From positions 20,672 to 84,671 of the forward strand of contig JAFGPK010000002.1 of assembly GCA_016936235.1 (NCBI GenBank): a DNA stretch of 64,000 bases. The letters run 5' to 3'. The stretch's first letter is position 1. Every line of letters begins with the position of its first letter. This DNA is from Candidatus Fermentibacteraceae bacterium. Its GTDB lineage: Bacteria; Fermentibacterota; Fermentibacteria; Fermentibacterales; JCC-6. The position numbers were made by a program, and so were the translations under genes. Below, piece after piece: positions 57,409 to 64,000 of the stretch. A model generated the notes under the pieces. That model was not told where the DNA came from, made no database searches, and was given only the letters and a program-made list of their open reading frames with translations.

Positions 57409-59820
57409 GTGACGTTACCCAAGCGTTACAGGCCTGAGGAATCTGAACCTCGCTGGCAGGAGTACTGGGCGGAACGAAGTATTTTCAGGTACAATCCCGA
57501 CTCGAAAAGGCCGGTATACTCCATCGACACTCCTCCCCCCACAGTCTCCGGGAAGATCCATATGGGTCATGTGTTCAGCTATGTTCAGGCGGAGGCGATG
57601 GCCAGGTACCACAGGATGCGCGGCATGGAAGTGTTCTACCCGTTCTGCTTCGATGACAACGGACTTCCCAGTGAGCGCTTCACGGAACGTGAGAAGAACG
57701 TCAGGGCTCAGGACATGCCCAGGAGGCAGTTCGTGGAGTTGTGCCTGGAGGTTACAAAGGAAGCGGAAGAGATGTTCCGGGATCTCTGGACAAGGTTCGG
57801 TTTCTCCTGCGACTGGGACCTGCTCTACACCACAATCGATCCCTGGGTCCAGAGGTTGAGCCAGAGGTCCTTTCTTGACCTGAACAGAAGGGGCCTGGTC
57901 TACAGGAAGAAATCCCCGACCCTATGGTGCCCCGAGTGCCGGACCGCAGTCGCCCAGGCGGAGACGGAGGACAGCGAGCAGGCGTCAGTTTTCCATGACC
58001 TCGAATTCCCTCTGGCGGACGGCACCGGTACTATTCCCATAGCCACTACCAGGCCGGAACTCCTTCCGGCCTGCGTCGCCGTCTTCGTGAACCCGGACGA
58101 CCCCAGATGGAGGGGGCTTGAAGGGAAGAAGGCTGTAGTCCCGGTGTTCGGCCATGAGGTCAGGATACTGGCGGATCCCGGGGTGGATATGGAAAAAGGC
58201 AGTGGAGTGGTGATGTGCTGCACCTTCGGCGACACCACGGACATAGACTGGTGGCAGGATTACGGACTGGACCTGAGGATAGTGCTGGACAGCCGCGGCC
58301 ACATGAACGGACTTGCCGGCTTTCTCGAGGGAATGTACTGGAAGAAGGCCAGGAAGGTCCTGGTGGACAGGCTTGTGGAAGAGGGCTTCAGGAAGGGCGG
58401 CCGCGATATAAGTCACGCCGTCAACGTACATGAAAGGTGCGGTACACCGCTGGAGTACCTTGTGAACGAGCAGTGGTTCGTAAGGATACTGGACCGGAAG
58501 GAGGAGCTTCTCAAGAGGGGCTCCCAGGTGAACTGGTACCCGCCCCATTTCAAGGTCCGGTTCGACCACTGGGTGGAGAACCTGAAGTGGGACTGGTGCA
58601 TCAGCAGGCAGAGGTATTACGGGGTGCCCTTCCCGGTCTGGTACTGCACCGGCTGCGGGGAGCCGATATTCGCGCGGGAGGAGGACCTGCCGGTGGACCC
58701 CCTCGAGGACAGCCCGTCAGGACAATGCCAGAACTGCGGCGGTCGAAGCTTCGCCCCGGAGTCCGATGTTATGGACACCTGGGCCACCAGTTCCCTCACG
58801 CCCCAGATAAATGCGAAGTGGGGCGAGGATGACGAGAGGGAGGGACTGCTTCCCATGAGCCTTCGGCCGCAGGCCCATGACATCATAAGGACCTGGGCCT
58901 TCTACACCATCACCAAGGCTCATCTCCACTCCGACGACATCCCCTGGAATGATATCATGGTGAGCGGTCATGCCCTGAACCCCAGCGGCGAAAAGATGTC
59001 CAAAAGCAAGGGCAACGTAGCCGGCGACCCGCTGCTGGCACTGGAGCAGTACTCGGCGGACGAGCTTAGGTACTGGTCCTGCAGTTCCAAGCTGGGCAGC
59101 GACGTCCTGTTCAGCGAGGAGGTCCTGGGAGACGGAAGGCGACTTGTCACGAAGCTCTGGAACGCAGTGAAGTTCGGAGCCTCGCGGCTGGAGGACTATG
59201 ACGAGGCAGCGAAGCCTGAACTCAGGCCGTACGACAGGTGGATACTCTCCAGCTTCACCAAGGCCGCCGGATGGGCCACGACGGGAATGGACGAGTACGA
59301 GTATGCCACCGCCATGAACAGAACGGAGCATTTCTTCTGGAAGACTCTCTGCGACAACTACCTCGAGATCGTAAAGAGCCGGCTGTATTCCGAGGACGAC
59401 ACCGTTGGCAGGAGGTCGGCCCAGTACGCACTGTACCGAGTTCTCTACGGCTGCCTCAGGCTCTTCGCCCCGGTGCTGGTCCATGTGACGGAGGAGCTCT
59501 ACCAGTCAATATTCAGACCCCTGGAAGGTCACGAGAGCATTCATCTGGCGCCGTGGCCGAGTCCGGAATACATTGACCACCGGGCGCTCGAGTATGGCGA
59601 CATGAGTCTCAGGATCATCGAGGAGGCAAGAAAGTTCAAGAGCGAGAGCAATCTCAGCATGGCGGCCGAACTGGAAAGACTGGAGGTGACAGCCCCCGAG
59701 GCTGACCTGCAGGGACTGAGGGAGATGGAGGACGACCTTCTCAGCGTAACCAGGGCACAAAGCATCATCTGGCTGGAGGGGAAGGATCTGTCGGTGAAGG
59801 TGTTCCCGCCGGAGGTCTGA
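57409..59820 (+). CDS. valS: Valine--tRNA ligase (short, archaeal-like type)
   Basis: DTPPPTVSG, HMGH, DDNGLP, WDWCISRQRYYG, DVMDTWATS, KMSKSKGN. No C-terminal coiled-coil arm. Confidence 0.96.
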   Translation: MTLPKRYRPEESEPRWQEYWAERSIFRYNPDSKRPVYSIDTPPPTVSGKIHMGHVFSYVQAEAMARYHRMRGMEVFYPFCFDDNGLPSERFTEREKNVRAQDMPRRQFVELCLEVTKEAEEMFRDLWTRFGFSCDWDLLYTTIDPWVQRLSQRSFLDLNRRGLVYRKKSPTLWCPECRTAVAQAETEDSEQASVFHDLEFPLADGTGTIPIATTRPELLPACVAVFVNPDDPRWRGLEGKKAVVPVFGHEVRILADPGVDMEKGSGVVMCCTFGDTTDIDWWQDYGLDLRIVLDSRGHMNGLAGFLEGMYWKKARKVLVDRLVEEGFRKGGRDISHAVNVHERCGTPLEYLVNEQWFVRILDRKEELLKRGSQVNWYPPHFKVRFDHWVENLKWDWCISRQRYYGVPFPVWYCTGCGEPIFAREEDLPVDPLEDSPSGQCQNCGGRSFAPESDVMDTWATSSLTPQINAKWGEDDEREGLLPMSLRPQAHDIIRTWAFYTITKAHLHSDDIPWNDIMVSGHALNPSGEKMSKSKGNVAGDPLLALEQYSADELRYWSCSSKLGSDVLFSEEVLGDGRRLVTKLWNAVKFGASRLEDYDEAAKPELRPYDRWILSSFTKAAGWATTGMDEYEYATAMNRTEHFFWKTLCDNYLEIVKSRLYSEDDTVGRRSAQYALYRVLYGCLRLFAPVLVHVTEELYQSIFRPLEGHESIHLAPWPSPEYIDHRALEYGDMSLRIIEEARKFKSESNLSMAAELERLEVTAPEADLQGLREMEDDLLSVTRAQSIIWLEGKDLSVKVFPPEV

Positions 59821-59904
59821 CCAGGTCCCGGTCGAGCTAGCGCCGGGCGCCCCTGTTCTTTATAAATTACGTGGTTGTACGGAAACTCATGCGAGGGGCG
59901 GATT

Positions 59905-60549
59905 ATGGAATTTCCAATATTGCACGATCCCGGGAGCATAGACATGCTGCTGCGAACTGTATCCAAGACCGATCCACCCAAGGTGGTAAGTCATGATTAC
60001 CTTGTCGATCTGGGCTTCAAGCGGGAAGTGGACGAGGGTCTCCTTAAGCTTCTCTCGTTCCTCGGCTTCATAGACGAGAAGGGACACCCGACCGTTCTGT
60101 GGGTCAACTACAACGACACCGACGCAGACGCCGACATACTAAGGGATTCAATCAGGAAAGCCTATGTCGGTCTCTTCGACAAGTACCCGCGGGCCTACGA
60201 CGAGGAGGGAACGGTGCTGATGGACTTCTTCCGCAGCAGCACCGGGGCGTCGGACAGCAACACGGCGTACATGATACTCACCTTCAAGGTCCTGTGCGAC
60301 CTGGCGGAGATGGGAGAGGAAAAGAAGGAGCCGAAGGTTCAGAGAAAACTGAAACCGGCTTCGCCTCCGACTCCAGTGGCGAAGGACACGTCGGAGAAGA
60401 GGGCAGGACCCCGCGTAGCGCCTGCGGAACCCGGACCCGCCGGAAAAACGAACCTGAGAGTATCACTGAATATCGACTTCGACCGGGAAGCGGATCCTGA
60501 GCTCCGCGATCTGGTGATCAGGCTGCTGAAAAGACAGCTGGAACTTTAA
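59905..60549 (+). CDS. DUF5343-like protein
   Basis: PPKVVSHDYLVDLGFK..LLKLLSFLGFIDEKGHPT, AYMILTFKVLCDLA. Family assignment is from motif recall. Confidence 0.65.
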   Translation: MEFPILHDPGSIDMLLRTVSKTDPPKVVSHDYLVDLGFKREVDEGLLKLLSFLGFIDEKGHPTVLWVNYNDTDADADILRDSIRKAYVGLFDKYPRAYDEEGTVLMDFFRSSTGASDSNTAYMILTFKVLCDLAEMGEEKKEPKVQRKLKPASPPTPVAKDTSEKRAGPRVAPAEPGPAGKTNLRVSLNIDFDREADPELRDLVIRLLKRQLEL

Positions 60550-60606
60550 CACAGACTTTGCCTTCAGTGGAATAGGATGAATTACACGAGAGGAGACCAC
60601 TCACTA

Positions 60607-62172
60607 ATGAAGAATTGCAGATGGCTTTTGCCATTGTTCATGATCGCCGCAGTCATGCTGGCAGTAGCATGCGGTGACGATGAAAACCCCCAGGGATCCG
60701 GTGACAACCCCACTCCCTCCACTCTCACCGCCAATCCTGGACTGAACAATTCCGCCTCCGGTTGGTGGACCATGTGTCCTGACAACGACTTTTCAGAGTA
60801 CAGTCTATACCGCTCCACGACATCGGGTATTTCCAGCAATCCACCCGCCAGTCCTATAAAAACTGCTTCCAACGTGACTGACACGACCTTCACCGATGCC
60901 GGGCTGGACTGGGGCCAGACCTACTACTACGCCCTGCGCACCACCAACAGCAGCAGCAACCACGCCTGGAGCAACGAGGTTCAGGTCATCGTACCCGACT
61001 CCGGAAGCGGTTGCCAGTACCTGTCCTGCTACCAGGTCCAGGGCCAGCAGTCCACCTCCCCCTACGACGGGCAGGAAGTATCCGTCACCGGAATAGTGTC
61101 ATCGGGGGGTGATGAGCTTTACGGAAGCCTTACCGTGATATGCGACGCGGGAGGCGGACCCTGGAGCGGTCTCGTCATGTTCGGCGACAGCGCCTCGTTC
61201 CTGGCCAGAGGTGACAGCGTCACACTGTCGGGTACCGTCTCGGAGTACTACGGTCTCACCGAACTCACGTACCTGAACAGCGTGCAGATAATCTCAAGCG
61301 GCCATGCGATCCCCGACGCGATCCCCCTTACCACTTATGCGGTGAACGACGAGCAGTACGAGAGCGTGATCGTTTCGGTCTCGAACGCCATCGTGCAGAC
61401 AGAAGGTGAGCACAGCTACGAGATAGACGACGGAAGCGGCAGCTGCTACCTGGGCAACAGGGGTGATTACACCGAACCCTCCGTTGGCGACACGGTTGAT
61501 GCCAGGGGTCCCCTGCTGTACGAATACGACGAATGGCGTATCCAGCCCAGGGACCAGGACGACGTGACCATCAACGGCGGCGGCGGCGGTGATGTCTACA
61601 CATGCTACGAGATACAGGGCCAGCAGTCCTCCTCCCCCTTCGAGGGACAGACAGTCAGTGTCACAGGCCTGGTGGTTGTCGGTGGTGGTGAGTATTACTC
61701 GTCTACAGCGGCATACGCTGTAATAATGGACGCCGGTGGAGGCCCATGGGCGGGACTCACTATCTTCGGCAGTGATGTCGCAGGTCTGAACAGGAGCGAC
61801 AGTGTTACTGTGACCGGGGAAATACAGGAGTACTTCAACTTCACGGAACTTGCATATCCAAGCAGTGTAGTTGTCCATTCCACCGGGAATCCCATTCCTG
61901 ACCCGGAATCGGTCAGCACCGGCAATGCCGGCCAGGAGCAGTGGGAGTCCGTTCTCCTCGCGATCTCAGATGTAACGGTGACTGAGGATGATCTCGGTTA
62001 CGGTGAATGGGCAGTTGACGACGGCTCCGGCGAGGTCAGGTTAGACGACCTTGGCGATTACTCATACACGCCCAGTATCGGCGATACGTTCAGCCAGATA
62101 GTCGGCGTGTGCTGGTACAGCTTCGATGTCTTCAAGCTCGAGCCCAGGGACGACAGCGACCTGACAAGGTAA
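60607..62172 (+). CDS. Lipoprotein with FN3-like domain and two tandem OB-fold modules of ExeM/YhcR nuclease N-terminal type
   Basis: Lipobox AVAC, FN3-like YSLYRS..FTDAGL..YYYAL, repeated CYQVQGQQSTSPYDGQEVSVTG / CYEIQGQQSSSPFEGQTVSVTG. Confidence 0.75.
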   Translation: MKNCRWLLPLFMIAAVMLAVACGDDENPQGSGDNPTPSTLTANPGLNNSASGWWTMCPDNDFSEYSLYRSTTSGISSNPPASPIKTASNVTDTTFTDAGLDWGQTYYYALRTTNSSSNHAWSNEVQVIVPDSGSGCQYLSCYQVQGQQSTSPYDGQEVSVTGIVSSGGDELYGSLTVICDAGGGPWSGLVMFGDSASFLARGDSVTLSGTVSEYYGLTELTYLNSVQIISSGHAIPDAIPLTTYAVNDEQYESVIVSVSNAIVQTEGEHSYEIDDGSGSCYLGNRGDYTEPSVGDTVDARGPLLYEYDEWRIQPRDQDDVTINGGGGGDVYTCYEIQGQQSSSPFEGQTVSVTGLVVVGGGEYYSSTAAYAVIMDAGGGPWAGLTIFGSDVAGLNRSDSVTVTGEIQEYFNFTELAYPSSVVVHSTGNPIPDPESVSTGNAGQEQWESVLLAISDVTVTEDDLGYGEWAVDDGSGEVRLDDLGDYSYTPSIGDTFSQIVGVCWYSFDVFKLEPRDDSDLTR

Positions 62173-62212
62173 CAGGTCATTCCTGATCGGATATCACGGA
62201 AGGGGGCATGAC

Positions 62213-62953
62213 ATGAAATCTCGTGCCCCCTTTCCGCATCTTCCGCTCCTTACCCTCTCGAACCTCCGGCCGGCGGTATTCCTCCGCCGGAGGAACCGCT
62301 TCGTGGGAATCGCAGAGATCGGAGGTTCCAGGTTTGACATCCATGTGGCGGACCCGGGCAGGCTGACGGAGCTTCTATACCCCGGGAACAGTATTCTGGT
62401 GAGACCGGCTCCGATAGGTTCTCATCGCAGGACCCGCTGGTCCCTCATGGCGGGTATGGGTGAATCAGGCTGGGTCCTTCTGAATACATTCCTTCACAGA
62501 AGAATAGCTGAAAGCTTGCTTTCGAAGCCGGCCATATCCCCCTTCGGTGAGTTGAGGGCCTGGAAGGCCGAGGTTTGTCCTGCCGGCTTCGCAAGCAGGT
62601 TCGATTTCCATCTGGAGCCCGAAGAGGGAGGTCCTGTTTGGCTCGAGGTGAAGGGCTGCACACTGAAGCGGGGGAGGAGGGCTCTGTTCCCCGATGCCCC
62701 AACCACACGGGGGACAAGGCACATGAAGGAGCTCGCGGTGCTCTCCAGGGACGGGAACAGGTGCGCCGTGATGTTCCTTGTCTTTCCCGGGGGCGTTCAG
62801 TGCTTCGCCCCCAACGGCATGACCGATCCGGATTTCGAAGCGGCTTTCAGGGAAGCTCTGGATTCGGGTGTAACGGTACATCCCCTTCAGCTCGGCTTCA
62901 ACGGATCCGAGGTTACTTTCTCTGACATGCTTCCCATCTGTCCCGGATTCTGA
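62213..62953 (+). CDS. sfsA: DNA/RNA nuclease SfsA
   Basis: RRNRF, HVADPGRLTELL, SRFDF, LEVKGCTL, FPDAPTTRGTRHMKEL. Confidence 0.95.
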   Translation: MKSRAPFPHLPLLTLSNLRPAVFLRRRNRFVGIAEIGGSRFDIHVADPGRLTELLYPGNSILVRPAPIGSHRRTRWSLMAGMGESGWVLLNTFLHRRIAESLLSKPAISPFGELRAWKAEVCPAGFASRFDFHLEPEEGGPVWLEVKGCTLKRGRRALFPDAPTTRGTRHMKELAVLSRDGNRCAVMFLVFPGGVQCFAPNGMTDPDFEAAFREALDSGVTVHPLQLGFNGSEVTFSDMLPICPGF

Positions 62954-63082
62954 AAACCCTTATAGCAGTATTCGCTTATAAAATGGCTATAGCAGCCCGA
63001 TGGGAGACAAAGCAACTTCGTTATGCCTATTTATTCAAGGAATGTTAGTCTAGGAACTGGCCGGAAGTTACGTACGACCCCG

Positions 63083-64000
63083 TCAGTCTCCGGATTCCTC
63101 GGTTATGAACCAGCTGGAGGTGTTCTCGCCCACGTTCAGTAGGTATCTCATGTTGTCCTTCTTCACCGCGGGGGGCAGGAAGCTGCCGCCGAAGGGCGCA
63201 AGACAGAGGAACTCGTCAGGGTCGGGCAGCTGGTCCACCACCATGTCCACATGGGGCACCGGCACCGGGTCCACCGGGTATTCGGCCATCTTCGACAGCA
63301 GCAGCTCGCGCAGCTGGCTCCAGGAGAGCCCCTCGCTGCTGAAACCCGCAGCCATCCTGTGTCCCCCGGCGCTTGTGAAGACCTCGCCCATGCTCACCAG
63401 GAAATCCGCCATGTCCCAATCTCCGTAGGAACGGGCCTCTCCCACCAGTTTGCCGTTTTCCCTGTGCGACACGACTATGGTTCCCCTGTGGGTTACGCGG
63501 CTCAGCTTGCTGGCCAGTGTACCGCCCATTCCATCGGGTATGTATTCGAGGAAGACCAGGTTCATGCCGTAGGCGGAAGCCTGATCGTCCCTCTCCCTGA
63601 TTGCCCTGGAGAATATCTCCGAGAGTATCTGGGCCCTTCGCTTGCTCTGCCTCGTCAGTCTCTTCCAGAGCTTCCGGCACCTCTTGTAGTTCTCGTCGTT
63701 CATGAATTCCAGCAGTACCTTTATCCCGGAACCCTCACCCTTGCCTATGACGGACGTTATCGCGTGGCGAACCATAGCCCCTGTCCAGGCCCTCTGTCTT
63801 GCGGGCCACTCCTCCACCATCACTGCCAGGCCTCCGTTCAGGTCCTCCACACGCACCTGCATGAACCTCTCGAGAAGGTACCTGTTCCAGCCCAGGAACG
63901 GCACTCTGTCCGAGACCGTGCCCAGCGCCACAGCTGTCAGCAGTTCGGGCCGGTTCTCCCAGTGGGGATAGATGGATACAAGGGCTGCGTAGAGTACCGA
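63083..64000 (-). CDS. recJ: RecJ-like DHH/DHHA1 exonuclease, C-terminal part (start lies beyond the window)
   Basis: AVALGTVSDRVP, GEARS, AGGHRMAAGFS, LAPFGGSFLPP. The frame is open to the right edge. Confidence 0.7.
   Translation of the reverse strand, partial: SVLYAALVSIYPHWENRPELLTAVALGTVSDRVPFLGWNRYLLERFMQVRVEDLNGGLAVMVEEWPARQRAWTGAMVRHAITSVIGKGEGSGIKVLLEFMNDENYKRCRKLWKRLTRQSKRRAQILSEIFSRAIRERDDQASAYGMNLVFLEYIPDGMGGTLASKLSRVTHRGTIVVSHRENGKLVGEARSYGDWDMADFLVSMGEVFTSAGGHRMAAGFSSEGLSWSQLRELLLSKMAEYPVDPVPVPHVDMVVDQLPDPDEFLCLAPFGGSFLPPAVKKDNMRYLLNVGENTSSWFITEESGD

Noticed and set aside
63014-63041. dif/lox-like sequence AACTTCGTTAT-GCCTAT-TTATTCAAGGA between convergent sfsA and recJ
   Set aside because: The arms are not inverted repeats, the left arm lacks the ATAA end, and the XerD arm match is poor.

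Overview
A 64-kb GC-rich bacterial chromosomal window that is almost entirely coding. I found no rRNA, tRNA, CRISPR array or transposase. Housekeeping content: ribD-ribE-ribBA-ribH-nusB, metK-M23-holB-ricT-metG, dnaK-grpE-dnaJ, uvrA, valS, non-discriminating aspS, nfo, sfsA, a partial recJ-like gene, a Lon-type protease, and fermentation genes (ptb, buk, methylmalonyl-CoA mutase, lysine 6-aminotransferase). Two secreted proteins carry T9SS-type C-terminal sorting domains, which suggests an FCB-group anaerobe such as Ca. Fermentibacterota (inference). The strongest novel signal is at 13715-14875. The two ORFs called there are one in-frame gene for a secreted FG-GAP repeat protein. It is interrupted by a single TGA (context S-G-[TGA]-C-T-G), followed by a perfect 9-bp hairpin with a GGT loop at bacterial SECIS spacing, so it is a candidate extracellular selenoprotein with a vicinal Sec-Cys pair. 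It lies in an accessory block bracketed by two long perfect palindromes. Other signals: a SAM-II-type riboswitch with terminator/antiterminator before metK, a sigma54 promoter plus IHF site before dnaK, an orphan DnaE2-like polymerase with a dead PHP domain and a palindromic operator, a degenerate GGDEF protein with an intact I-site, and an unannotated 58-aa membrane protein.
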